Source of the DNA: Deltaproteobacteria bacterium
GTDB lineage: Bacteria; Desulfobacterota; GWC2-55-46
NCBI GenBank assembly: GCA_038041305.1
Contig: JBBTGV010000013.1
Coordinates: 5,510-49,808, forward strand
Length of the DNA: 44,299 bases
Direction of reading: 5' to 3'
The position numbers and the translations under genes were made by a program. The notes under the pieces were generated by a model. The model saw nothing but the letters and a program-made list of their open reading frames with translations, had not been told where the DNA came from and did not search any database. Of the stretch, positions 1 to 9,365 are shown one piece after another. Within the stretch, counting starts at the first letter, position 1. Each line of letters begins with the position of its first letter.

Positions 1-303
1 GTCCACCTTTAGCCCGACCGTTATATGTTCAACGTCAACCACGATTATCCTCGTCTCCGACGTTTTTTCCGCGGCCTGAAGCCCGAAGCGCCTTCTCAGG
101 TCAAGAACGGGTATTACCTTGCCCCTTAGGTTGATGACGCCGTCTACAAACTCCGGGGTCCTCGGCACCCTTGTAAGCTCCATGTGGCGGATTATCTCCT
201 GCACCTTGAGTATGTCAAGCGAGTACTCCTCGTTTCCGAGCCTGAAGGTTACGAGCTGATGCACCTCCTGCGAATCAATGTCTCTGCCGTTCTTTTCATC
301 CAT
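1..303 (-). CDS. cheW: Chemotaxis coupling protein CheW (3' end runs off the window)
   Basis: Not in the ORF track; translated by hand from ATG at 303: MDEKNGRDIDSQEVHQLVTFRLGNEEYSLDILKVQEIIRHMELTRVPRTPEFVDGVINLRGKVIPVLDLRRRFG...TRIIVVDV...VGLKVD. Has the CheW motifs GVINLRG and IPVLDLR. AAGGAGG RBS at 309-315. Confidence 0.95.
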   Translation of the reverse strand, partial: MDEKNGRDIDSQEVHQLVTFRLGNEEYSLDILKVQEIIRHMELTRVPRTPEFVDGVINLRGKVIPVLDLRRRFGLQAAEKTSETRIIVVDVEHITVGLKVD

Positions 304-390
304 CCGAGCCTCCTTGGCCCTGCGAACCCTCTGGGCCAAAAAACTATTTTCTATAATCCTGTTATGTTTTTCTTAACCTCTATGATCATA

Positions 391-418
391 TTGTCGGCAT
401 TTTTTGCAAAAACCTTTA
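391..418 (-). promoter_or_regulatory. Putative sigma28 (FliA) promoter for cheW
   Basis: Minus strand reads TAAA-ggtttttgcaaaaaat(N16)-GCCGACAA, against the consensus TAAA-N15/16-GCCGATAA. Lies in the AT-rich motB-cheW gap. Confidence 0.65.
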
Positions 419-445
419 AGATTACGATTAAAAAGACATGCCGCG

Positions 446-1177
446 CTACCTGAGCTCAACAATGTCGCTGTTGACAACCGTTATGTCCACCCTTCTGTTC
501 TTTGCCCTGCCCTCGGGCGTGTCGTTTGACGCAATGGGCTTGTATTCGCCGTAGCCGACCGCGACGAGATTCTTGGGGTCGTATTTGTGAGCCTCTATGA
601 AATACTTGAGTATCCGTATTGAACGAGAGCTGCTCAGGTCCCAGTTTGAGGGGAACTTAGGCGTGCTTATCGGGATATTGTCCGTGTGCCCCTCTATCCT
701 TATGTTGTTTGAGCTGTTTAGCTCCCTGAGCGCCGCCGCTATCTCGTCAAGCACGGGCAGACCGTCGTTTACGAGCACATCCGTGCCGCCCTCAAAAAGC
801 ATGCCCTCGGATATCCTTATGGTTATCCTCTGCTCGTCTATTATGAACGTAAGCTTGTCAGCCTGCGTAAGGTTCCTCAGTGTGTTCTGTATCTTGTAGG
901 ACCCCTTGGCGAACAGGCTCTTGAACTCATCCGCGCTTGCGGACTTAAGCTCCCTTACGAGCCTTGCCGACTCGGCGGGCCTTGATGCCCCGACAAAGAG
1001 AGACGGCGTGAAGGCCGACGCAAGGGACTGGCTTAAGACCCTGAATTTTCCCTCGTTCACGCTTGAAAGCGCGTACATGCTCGTGAAAAAAGCGAAAAGA
1101 AGCGTTATGAAGTCGGCATACGACACAAGCCACCTTTCATGGTTTTCGTGCTCCTCGTGCTTTTTCTTCCTTGCCAT
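446..1177 (-). CDS. motB: Flagellar stator protein MotB (OmpA-like peptidoglycan-binding domain)
   Basis: WLVSYADFITLLFAFF transmembrane/plug motif with the catalytic Asp; IEGHTDN, NWDLSSSR and GRAKNRRVDI OmpA-family motifs. Confidence 0.96.
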   Translation of the reverse strand: MARKKKHEEHENHERWLVSYADFITLLFAFFTSMYALSSVNEGKFRVLSQSLASAFTPSLFVGASRPAESARLVRELKSASADEFKSLFAKGSYKIQNTLRNLTQADKLTFIIDEQRITIRISEGMLFEGGTDVLVNDGLPVLDEIAAALRELNSSNNIRIEGHTDNIPISTPKFPSNWDLSSSRSIRILKYFIEAHKYDPKNLVAVGYGEYKPIASNDTPEGRAKNRRVDITVVNSDIVELR

Positions 1178-1204
1178 AAGCCTCCCTGAGCTTCACGGCC
1201 ACTT

Positions 1205-1978
1205 TTATTTCGCTGGCGCGAGCTTTGCCTTTTCAGCGGACTTGAGGAACCCCGCGAGCTTCTCCTCAACCCTTCTCTGGTTTTCACCCTCCGAGAGGGC
1301 TATAAGCCCCTCCACCATCATCTCCTTGACGATGTTCTCCTCCCTGATCTTAACCTTCATCTTTCCCGCGAGCGGAAGCCAGAGAAGGTTCGCGGAGCCC
1401 ACGCCGTAAACGGTGGCGACAAAGGCCACCGCTATTCCCGAGCCGAGCTTTGACGGGTCGGCCAGGTTCTCCATGACGTGTATAAGGCCCATGACCGCGC
1501 CGAGTATGCCTATGGTCGGCGCGTACCCGCCCGCTGATTCAAATACCTTGGTGGAGGCCAGGTCGTACTCCTCCGTGTAAGAGATGTCTATCTCAAGTAT
1601 CTCCCTCGTAAGCTTGGGCTCGGTTCCGTCAACGACAAGCTGAAGCCCTTTCCTTAAGAACGGGTCGCTTATGTTTTTTATGCGCCCTTCAAGCGCAAGG
1701 AGGCCGTCTTTTCTGGCAATGCCGGCAAGCTCGGACAGGTTCTTTATTATCTGCCTCGCGTCGGACTTTGAGTTGAAAAACGCCTTTCTCAGGTTCTTTA
1801 CCGAGAGCATCACGGTTGAGAGCGGATAATTGATAAACACCGCCCCCCATGTCCCGCCCAAGACGATGATGCCGGCGGTTGCCTGCATGATTGCGTGCAT
1901 GCTGCCGCCCTCAAGCACCTGACCGCCCAAGATCGCGCCGAACCCCACGAGAAGTCCTACTACGGTTAATATGTCCAT
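1205..1978 (-). CDS. motA: Flagellar stator protein MotA (MotC/PomA-like)
   Basis: ARKDGLLALE, GGYAPTIGILGAVMGLIHVM and GIAVAFVATVYG motifs; adjacent to motB. Confidence 0.96.
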   Translation of the reverse strand: MDILTVVGLLVGFGAILGGQVLEGGSMHAIMQATAGIIVLGGTWGAVFINYPLSTVMLSVKNLRKAFFNSKSDARQIIKNLSELAGIARKDGLLALEGRIKNISDPFLRKGLQLVVDGTEPKLTREILEIDISYTEEYDLASTKVFESAGGYAPTIGILGAVMGLIHVMENLADPSKLGSGIAVAFVATVYGVGSANLLWLPLAGKMKVKIREENIVKEMMVEGLIALSEGENQRRVEEKLAGFLKSAEKAKLAPAK

Positions 1979-2014
1979 GAATTACCCCGCCTTCCTCCGT
2001 CCCTCATAAAATAA

Positions 2015-3082
2015 TCAGATCATGTTCGTTATCTCGCCGGCTATGTTTTGCAGCGGCACCACCTTGTCCGCAACGCCGGCGTCAATCACGGCCTTCGGCA
2101 TGCCGTATACCGTGCAGGTCTCCTCATTCTGCGCAAGGGTCTTTCCGCCCTTGTCCTTTATGAGCCTCATTCCCTCAAGTCCGTCATGGCCCATGCCCGT
2201 GAGTATCACGCCGAGGGTCCTTCCAAGATAGACCTCGGCTACCGACTTCATGGTTATGTCAACGCAGGGCTTGTAAAGGGAATTCGCCGGCTCATCGCTT
2301 AGCTCAACGCAAATATCGGAGACCCCGCGCCTCTTAAGCCTTGTCTGCACGCCTCCGGGACACAGAAGCGCCTGACCGCTTTTCATCTGGTCCCCGTTCC
2401 GGGCCTCCCTGACCTCAAGGCTCGTGAGCTCGTTCAGCCTCTCCGCGAAAGCGCCCGTGAAAGACTTAGGCATGTGCACGGTGATTATAAAGGGCGTCAG
2501 GATCTGTTTCGGCAGCTTTGTAAGCACATCCTGTATCGCCCTCGGCCCACCGGTTGATGCGCCTATGGCAACGACCGCGACCTTCTGCGTTACAAACGAC
2601 CTCTGCGGCGATACGACCGCGGGCTCCTGCCTTTTAAAGATATTTATGCCGGCGAGCTTGTGCCTTTTCCTGCTCACCGCCTTGACCTTCTGGACAAGGT
2701 CGTCGTGTATCTTCATCATATCAAGCGAGGACGTGGTCAGATTCTTCGGTATGTAGTCTGCGGCGCCTTTGTCCAGCGCCTCAAACGTCGACTTCGCGCC
2801 CTCAACGGTAAGGGAGCTTACGACGAGTATCGGCGTGGGTCTCGCGGACATGATGGCCTCAATCGCCTCAAGTCCGTTCATCCTCGGCATCTCTATGTCC
2901 ATGGTAATTACATCCGGGCAAAGGCTTGCCGCCATCTCCACGCCTTCTTTCCCGTCCCTTGCCGTGCCGACCACATCAATGTCGCGGTCGGACTCAAGCA
3001 TCTCCTTAATCACCCTTCTCATGAACGCGGAGTCGTCCACTACCAGTACCTTTATCTTTGATGGCGCGGCTGTGATTGTCAT
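2015..3082 (-). CDS. cheB: Chemotaxis response regulator protein-glutamate methylesterase CheB
   Basis: Receiver domain (VLVVDDS, DIEMP) plus methylesterase triad GASTGG / VHMP / LTGMGHDG. Confidence 0.97.
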   Translation of the reverse strand: MTITAAPSKIKVLVVDDSAFMRRVIKEMLESDRDIDVVGTARDGKEGVEMAASLCPDVITMDIEMPRMNGLEAIEAIMSARPTPILVVSSLTVEGAKSTFEALDKGAADYIPKNLTTSSLDMMKIHDDLVQKVKAVSRKRHKLAGINIFKRQEPAVVSPQRSFVTQKVAVVAIGASTGGPRAIQDVLTKLPKQILTPFIITVHMPKSFTGAFAERLNELTSLEVREARNGDQMKSGQALLCPGGVQTRLKRRGVSDICVELSDEPANSLYKPCVDITMKSVAEVYLGRTLGVILTGMGHDGLEGMRLIKDKGGKTLAQNEETCTVYGMPKAVIDAGVADKVVPLQNIAGEITNMI

Positions 3083-4905
3083 TGTCTTAGATATAACCTT
3101 TCCGAGGTATTTACAAGCCCGGCAACGTCAAGTATGAGTATGACATTGCCGTCGCCGGTGATGCACGCCCCTGCGATTCCGTCCGTGCCCTTGAGATACT
3201 CGCCCATTGACTTCATGACGATCTCCTCCTGTCCGTGGAGCTTGTCCACGAGCAGGCCGATGCGCTTTTCCCCTATGCCGATTATGACGACATACTTCCA
3301 TTCCGTATTCGTCGCCGAGAACTCCCCTTTTATGAGGCCCGCGAGCCTCAATATCGGATACACCGTGTTCCTCATGTGTATGACCTCCCTGCCTTCAACC
3401 GTCTTTATGTCGGAATCCCTGAGCCGTATGTTCTCAATGACCGTTGAAAGCGGTATGCCGTAGACCTCGCTCCCGGCCGCGACCGTAAGGGCCTGTATGA
3501 TCGCGAGCGTAAGGGGAAGCCTGAAGGTAATCTTCGTGCCTTTGCCGACCTCCGAGTCGGTGGATATGGTGCCGTTTATCCGCATGATGTTGGTCTTGAC
3601 CACATCCATGCCAACGCCCCTGCCTGAGATGTTGCTGATCTGCTTCGCGGTTGAAAAGCCCGGCACAAAGATAAAATTAAGGATGTCGCTGTGCGAGAGC
3701 CGCTCCGCGTCTTCCATTGCGATAAGCCCCTTTTCAACGGCAGACCTCTTTATGACGGCGGGGTCTATGCCCTTTCCGTCGTCCTCAACGGATACCATTA
3801 TGTGCCTGCCCTCCTGATAGGCCGTAAGCGAAATAGTCCCGCATCTCGGCTTGCCCTTCAACGCCCTTTCCTCCGGAGACTCCAGGCCGTGGTCAATTGA
3901 ATTCCTGATAAGATGTACAAGCGGGTCCCCAAGTTCCTCTATGACGGTCTTGTCAAGCTCCGTCTCCTCGCCTCTTATCTTAAGCTCAATCTCCTTTCCC
4001 GTCTGGCGGGACAGGTCCCTCACAAGCCTCGGAAACTTGTTAAACACCTTCGCAACGGGCTGCATGCGCATCTTCATAACCGCGAGCTGAAGGTCCGACG
4101 TAACGAGGTCAAGCTGGGATATCGCCTCATTGAAATGCGATGCAAGCTCCGTCTGGATGTCAAGCTCGGATAATTTAAGTCCGAGCCTCTGAAGCCTGTT
4201 CCTTGAAAGGACCAGCTCGCCGGCAAGGTTCAAAACAGAATCCAATCTGTCTATGTCAACCCTTATGCTCTGCTCTTTGTCCTTTTCCCTCGCCTTCTCC
4301 GCGTCCTCCGCCTTCGGCCTTGCCTTTGAGGCGTCCTGCGGGGCGTTCTTCTCCTGCTCAGCCGGCACTGCGGCCTTCTTGTCCTCAGCGTTAGCGTCAG
4401 GCATGACGGCCTCGGGCGCCTTGGCTTCAGGGGAAACCCCTAAAACCACGGGCGGCTCAGGGGCCGTTATGTTTTCATTAAGAGGCGCGGGCGCGTCCTT
4501 CTTAGCCCCCGCGCCGACGCTTAATATTGCCTGCAACGCGCCTATCACAACGGAGCAATCCTCTTTCCTGTCGTTTCTCTCCTTTATGTTTTTAAGGAGC
4601 ACCTTTATGAGGTCAATTGACTGGAGTATCGCATCCATTATAAGCGAGGTCACATGCATCTCGCCTTTTCTGAGCTTGTTGAGCACATCCTCCGTGATAT
4701 GCGTTACCTCCACCATCTGCTCAAAGCCTAAGAAGCCGGCCGCGCCTTTAATGGTGTGCACGGACCTGAAGATGTCGTTCAAAAGCCCCGTATCGTCAGG
4801 CGACTTCTCAAGCTCAATGAACTTCTGGTCAAGCGAATCAAGCGATTCGGTCGCCTCCGCAAGAAAATCGGCTACGATATCCGCCATCTCGTCCGGGTAT
4901 GACAT
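3079..4905 (-). CDS. cheA: Chemotaxis histidine kinase CheA (no apparent P2 domain)
   Basis: HPt IFRSVHTIKG; dimerisation domain IRVDIDRLD; HLIRNSIDHG, DDGKG and SGRGVGMDVV ATPase boxes; C-terminal CheW-like domain. Confidence 0.97.
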   Translation of the reverse strand: MSYPDEMADIVADFLAEATESLDSLDQKFIELEKSPDDTGLLNDIFRSVHTIKGAAGFLGFEQMVEVTHITEDVLNKLRKGEMHVTSLIMDAILQSIDLIKVLLKNIKERNDRKEDCSVVIGALQAILSVGAGAKKDAPAPLNENITAPEPPVVLGVSPEAKAPEAVMPDANAEDKKAAVPAEQEKNAPQDASKARPKAEDAEKAREKDKEQSIRVDIDRLDSVLNLAGELVLSRNRLQRLGLKLSELDIQTELASHFNEAISQLDLVTSDLQLAVMKMRMQPVAKVFNKFPRLVRDLSRQTGKEIELKIRGEETELDKTVIEELGDPLVHLIRNSIDHGLESPEERALKGKPRCGTISLTAYQEGRHIMVSVEDDGKGIDPAVIKRSAVEKGLIAMEDAERLSHSDILNFIFVPGFSTAKQISNISGRGVGMDVVKTNIMRINGTISTDSEVGKGTKITFRLPLTLAIIQALTVAAGSEVYGIPLSTVIENIRLRDSDIKTVEGREVIHMRNTVYPILRLAGLIKGEFSATNTEWKYVVIIGIGEKRIGLLVDKLHGQEEIVMKSMGEYLKGTDGIAGACITGDGNVILILDVAGLVNTSERLYLRQ

Positions 4906-4971
4906 TTCAAGGCCCCTTTAGAACAAACCGCGTTTTTTGATTCAGACGTCCGTCCTGCGAATAAAAACCCT

Positions 4972-5565
4972 TTAAGCCTCAAGCTCCTTAAGTATCTTGT
5001 CCACGAGATTCTGGTTCAGAGGGTCCGTCTTTGCGCCCGCGTCCTTCAATTCCCTCAGCATATCGCCTTTATTTTCAGCGCCTTGCTCAATGCCGAGGTT
5101 CAGCGCCATTTCAAGAAGCCTCGTCTCAACGGCCGCAAAGCTCGCTATCACCTTTTTAAGCTTCTGCCCGGAGAGGTCGTGGAACGACAAATGCCCGAAC
5201 ATCTCCATCATCCTCTGCTTCGTGGCCGCGTTCAGCGCCTCAATGCCTGCAAGGAGTTCCGCCCCGTTTGCCGCTTGAGCGGGAGGCAGGGCCTGCGCCC
5301 ATTCCGAAAGGGCCGTAACCTTATGCCCGATCTTTTCGTTCTCGTCTATAAGCCCCTCAAGTATCGTCATTATGTTGTTCGCCGCGTTTTCCAGGTCCCC
5401 GGTAACGGTCTTCAGCTGGTTTGATGCCTCGGGTATCCTTTCCGCGCCCTCCATGACCGTCGTCTCAAAAGTCTCAATCCCCTTCCTTGTGTTGTCAACG
5501 AACCTTGCAAGGTTGGACAGCTCTTCCTTGATGTTCCCCATCACGTCATTCCACTTGCTTGACAT
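4972..5565 (-). CDS. cheZ: CheZ-like CheY-P phosphatase
   Basis: Helical protein with LSFHDLSGQKLKKVI (DxxxQ catalytic motif) and C-terminal NQNLVDKIL resembling the CheY-binding tail. Located between cheY and cheA. Confidence 0.8.
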   Translation of the reverse strand: MSSKWNDVMGNIKEELSNLARFVDNTRKGIETFETTVMEGAERIPEASNQLKTVTGDLENAANNIMTILEGLIDENEKIGHKVTALSEWAQALPPAQAANGAELLAGIEALNAATKQRMMEMFGHLSFHDLSGQKLKKVIASFAAVETRLLEMALNLGIEQGAENKGDMLRELKDAGAKTDPLNQNLVDKILKELEA

Positions 5566-5616
5566 GTCGCTCTCCTTCTATAATGATAATTTTTCCAAAA
5601 AAAACAGCCACGGGCC

Positions 5617-6012
5617 TTACTGGGCCGAGTTAATCTTTGAGATTATGATGTCTATCCTCTCCTTAAGCGCGGTTGCCGTAAACGGCTTTACTATGTAGTT
5701 GTTGACCCCCGCCTGAACGGCTATCACGACATTTTCCTTCGCCGCCTCGGCGGTAACCATAAGGACCGGCGTTGACTTAAGCGACGGGTCCTGCCTTATG
5801 CTCTTTAGAAGCTCAATGCCGGGCATAATCGGCATGTTCCAGTCCGTGATGACGAAGTCAAACTTCGCGGCCCTGAGCTTCTCAAGCGCGGTTGAGCCGT
5901 CATCGGCCTCGTCAACGTTCGTGTAGCCTATCTCCTTAAGTATGTTCCTTATTATCCTTCTCATCGTTGAAAAATCATCAACAACGAGTATCTTCATGTT
6001 GTTGTCAAACAT
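5617..6012 (-). CDS. cheY: Chemotaxis response regulator CheY
   Basis: [27 protein letters not shown] and YIVKPFT closely match E. coli-type CheY. Confidence 0.96.
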   Translation of the reverse strand: MFDNNMKILVVDDFSTMRRIIRNILKEIGYTNVDEADDGSTALEKLRAAKFDFVITDWNMPIMPGIELLKSIRQDPSLKSTPVLMVTAEAAKENVVIAVQAGVNNYIVKPFTATALKERIDIIISKINSAQ

Positions 6013-6052
6013 ATCCGCCCCTCCTTGGTTTTTACCCTGCCCCGCCTTTTCT

Positions 6053-6415
6053 CTAAATGTGCTTTTCTATCTCGTAAAGAAGCCTCTGCGGGGTTATGGG
6101 CTTAGTAAGGTACGCCGTAACCCCGGCCTTTTTGCCAAGCTCCTTGTCCGCCTCGCTTGCCTCCGTCGTAACCATTATTATGGGAAGCCCCCTGTAGACG
6201 TCCTGTTGCCTCAAGCTCTTTGAAAGCTCCAGCCCGTCCATCTGCGGCATGTTAAGGTCCGTGATCACAAGGTCAACCGGGTTTGCGGCAAGGATCTCAA
6301 GGGCCTCTATGCCGTTTGAGGCGCATGATATCCTGTAGCCCTTGTCCCTGACCATGTACGAAAGGAGTTTTCTCGTGGTCGCGCAGTCGTCAACTATCAA
6401 TATGCTTTTTGCCAA
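6053..6415 (-). CDS. Single-domain response regulator (second CheY-like receiver)
   Basis: ILIVDD, ITDLNMP, MVTTE and YLTKP motifs; TTG start preceded by AGGAGG. Confidence 0.9.
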   Translation of the reverse strand: MAKSILIVDDCATTRKLLSYMVRDKGYRISCASNGIEALEILAANPVDLVITDLNMPQMDGLELSKSLRQQDVYRGLPIIMVTTEASEADKELGKKAGVTAYLTKPITPQRLLYEIEKHI

Positions 6416-6424
6416 GTACGCCTC

Positions 6425-7285
6425 CTATGCCTTCTGATACACTACGGTTCTCTCAAAACTCGCGGGCCTGAAAACCCTCGTGATGTTAAAGAGCGTCTCC
6501 GAGAAGCCTATAAAGAGATACCCGCCCTTATTCAGGCTGTCATAGAGATGGCCGACGACCTTTTTCTTCGAGTTGTCGTCAAAATATATGAGCACGTTCC
6601 TGCAGAATATGACGTCAATGCCCCTGATCGTCTTTATCGCCTCGGTGTCCACAAGGTTTATCTTACGGAAGGTCACCATCTCTTTTACGCTTGAGTTGAC
6701 CCTGTAGCGCTCGGACGAGTTCGTAAAATACTTTCTGAGATACGCCTCCGGCGTGTTGCGTAGCGAATACTTTTCATAGGTCGCGGCCTCGGCGGACTTA
6801 AGCACGGTGTCGCATATGTCGCTGGCAAGCACCTCTATGCGCCATCCCTTATACAACAGACCTGACTCAACGAGCATCATCGCGAGCGTGTACGGCTCCT
6901 CGCCGGTTGAGCTTGCGGCGCTCCAAAGCCTTAAGGTCTTCGGAGAGCCGTTCTTTTCCTTTTCGTTCATGGCCGCCGGCACCACCCCCTTTATGAACGC
7001 GTCCAGCTGGCCCGGGTCCCTGAAGAAACTCGTCTCATTGGTTACTATTGAGTTTATGAGGCTGCTTATCACCTTTTCCCTGTTCTTGTCGTACATGAGG
7101 TAATAGTAATAATCCTCAAATGTCTTGATCCCGCTTTCCTCAAGCCTTCTCTGAAGCCTTGTCTCAATAAGATACATCTTGCTGTCCGGTATGTATATCC
7201 CGCACACCGAATATATGAAATCCCTCAGTTGCTGAAAGGCCTGTACCGAGAGCTTGGGCCTGCTATTTATTCCGATGGTGAGCAT
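6425..7285 (-). CDS. cheR: Chemotaxis protein-glutamate methyltransferase CheR
   Basis: TNETSFFRD, RLWSAASSTGEEPYTLAM and DVIFCRNVLIYF motifs. Confidence 0.97.
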   Translation of the reverse strand: MLTIGINSRPKLSVQAFQQLRDFIYSVCGIYIPDSKMYLIETRLQRRLEESGIKTFEDYYYYLMYDKNREKVISSLINSIVTNETSFFRDPGQLDAFIKGVVPAAMNEKEKNGSPKTLRLWSAASSTGEEPYTLAMMLVESGLLYKGWRIEVLASDICDTVLKSAEAATYEKYSLRNTPEAYLRKYFTNSSERYRVNSSVKEMVTFRKINLVDTEAIKTIRGIDVIFCRNVLIYFDDNSKKKVVGHLYDSLNKGGYLFIGFSETLFNITRVFRPASFERTVVYQKA

Positions 7286-9198
7286 TTTAATTGTTCCAAC
7301 GCCTCTCTTACGGCGCTTCTTACATTTTCGTCCGGATGGTCAACAAATGCCTTAAGCGCCTGAGCGCACTCATCTGTCCCTATAGAGGCAAAGGCCTTTG
7401 CAACGGCTACCTTCACGGGCGGCTCGTCCGCGGCAAGCGCGCGGATAAGCGCCCGAATGACGTCCGCATCCGGCATCTCGGCAAGGATCATGACGGCATG
7501 GTACCTTACCCAGAGATTGCCGTCGCCGAGGGCGCGCATAATGGCGGCCTTTATCTTGTCGCCGCCCCAGCCGGTCAACGCCTTTATGATGGATATCCTG
7601 ACGTCATCGTTTAAGTCCTTAAGCCCCTCCAGCACAACATCTTCCGCATCTGTTATGCCGAGCTTTGCAAGGGACTTGTAAGCTCCCTTTCTAACCTCCG
7701 GATTTGAATCAGCGGTCGCGGCTTTAAGGCCCTCAAGCGCGGACTCATCGCCGATTACGCCAAGGCCCCTTGCGGCCATAACCCTTAATTCATGGCTCTG
7801 GCTCTTAAGGAGCTCAAAGAAGCCCTCTTTAACCTCGTCAGAAGGGATATTGGCAAGGGCATCGGTCATTGCCTCCATCACGTCCCTGTATTTTTCAGCC
7901 TTTAACGCATGAAAAACGTCTTTCACGGCGCCTTCGCCTGCTATTGCTAAAAGTGCCCTTGCAGATATCTTCCTCGTATGCCCGTCAGTGCTGAAAAGCG
8001 ACTGCAAGAGAACCTGCACCGAGCTTTTAAGGCCGATTGACTCTATGGCCCCTATCACTATCCTTAATTCATGCTGGTCAACCCTGTCAATAAGCCCGGC
8101 AAGAAGCTCTATGCCCTCCTCTGACCTTGTCTCTCCGATGGCCCTTACGGCAAGCATCAGCGTAGGCCCGCCTTTTTTAATCCGGTCCCTTAATACGGGA
8201 GAAAGGGGCGCCGTGCCGGATATTGAAACAATCGCATCAACGAGAACCGCCTCTGTGTCTTCATCTATCTCATGAAGCGAGTCCGCGTAGGCGAAAACCC
8301 TGTCAAGGCCCTGCGGACACCTGACAAGCCCAAGGCCTTTTAAGGCCTTTTCGGCAACGGCCTTGTCCGCCTCATTGAGCGCCTCGGAAAAAAATCTAAA
8401 AAGCGACTCCCTTAATTCTTCGGACGGCTTAAACCCGCCGGACGGGGAAAACGCCTTTTCAACAAGCTCAAACACGGCATCAATGGCATGGACGCTCCGA
8501 TCCTTTATAAGGTTCTGTATTTTAAGGAGCACTCTGCCAGACTCCCTGCCCGTGGAGAGCCTGCTTAACGCCTCAAGCGCCGCGTCTTTAATAAGGGCGG
8601 AATCCTTATCCATCATCTCAAGAAGCGGTTCAAACGCGCTTGCGTCCTCAAGATAACCAAGCCCCTCTATGGCGGAAAACCTCACCCACTCTTCGGCGTC
8701 GCCCGCCGCCTTCAGAAGCGGGCCGATCGCGCCCTTTGCCCTGATCCTCCCCAGGCAGAGGGCAACGGACGCCCTGACATTGGGATTGGCGTGGTCAATA
8801 TGCTTAAGGAGCATGTCCCCGGCATTCTCATCCCTCGTATTGGCTATTAAGTCTATCGCGAACTTTACAACATCATCGTCTTTGTCGTTGAGCAGGAACG
8901 AAATCGTTGAAAGCGCGTCCGGACCGAGGTCCTGTAGGACCTCTATGCCAATATTCCTTAAAGCCGCATCCTCGGACTTGAGAAGCGGCGCGACAGAGGA
9001 CGCCACCTCCTTGCCCCTGATCGCCGTAAGCGCGTTTATGGCGGCCTCCCTTACGCTCTGGTCAAGGTCGGCAAGGAGCGATACAACCTCAGGCAAGAGC
9101 TCAGTTTTTCGCCCATCGCCGACGAGTTCGCAGGCGTCCCTTCTTATACCAGGGTCAATGTCGGACAGACTTTTTCTTAACTTGTCCACGCTGTACAT
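7267..9198 (-). CDS. HEAT-repeat (PBS-lyase-like) scaffold protein
   Basis: Repeated ~31-aa units such as DLDQSVREAAINAL, DAEEWVRFSAIEGLG, DSNPEVRKGAYKSLA and DGNLWVRYHAVMILA. Overlaps the cheR start by 19 bp. Confidence 0.9.
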   Translation of the reverse strand: MYSVDKLRKSLSDIDPGIRRDACELVGDGRKTELLPEVVSLLADLDQSVREAAINALTAIRGKEVASSVAPLLKSEDAALRNIGIEVLQDLGPDALSTISFLLNDKDDDVVKFAIDLIANTRDENAGDMLLKHIDHANPNVRASVALCLGRIRAKGAIGPLLKAAGDAEEWVRFSAIEGLGYLEDASAFEPLLEMMDKDSALIKDAALEALSRLSTGRESGRVLLKIQNLIKDRSVHAIDAVFELVEKAFSPSGGFKPSEELRESLFRFFSEALNEADKAVAEKALKGLGLVRCPQGLDRVFAYADSLHEIDEDTEAVLVDAIVSISGTAPLSPVLRDRIKKGGPTLMLAVRAIGETRSEEGIELLAGLIDRVDQHELRIVIGAIESIGLKSSVQVLLQSLFSTDGHTRKISARALLAIAGEGAVKDVFHALKAEKYRDVMEAMTDALANIPSDEVKEGFFELLKSQSHELRVMAARGLGVIGDESALEGLKAATADSNPEVRKGAYKSLAKLGITDAEDVVLEGLKDLNDDVRISIIKALTGWGGDKIKAAIMRALGDGNLWVRYHAVMILAEMPDADVIRALIRALAADEPPVKVAVAKAFASIGTDECAQALKAFVDHPDENVRSAVREALEQLKCSPSE

Positions 9199-9218
9199 AA
9201 CAATTATCCTTCTCTTAT

Positions 9219-9245
9219 TTATCGGGCGGACGCGTAATTTCTTTA
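9219..9245 (-). promoter_or_regulatory. Putative sigma28 (FliA) promoter for the HEAT-cheR-cheY-cheZ-cheA-cheB-motAB operon
   Basis: Minus strand reads TAAA-gaaattacgcgtccg(N15)-CCCGATAA, 20 nt upstream of the ATG at 9198, with a GAAGGA RBS in between. Confidence 0.75.
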
Positions 9246-9365
9246 ATCAATTGGAAATGCACGGGAATCAATCGCGGAAAGGCATGTTTTTTATGGCGGG
9301 ATTGAATTTAAAACCGGTTTGAGGGTTGTTTTTTAAACTATCCGTATAAGTGTCTCCGCGTCTAT

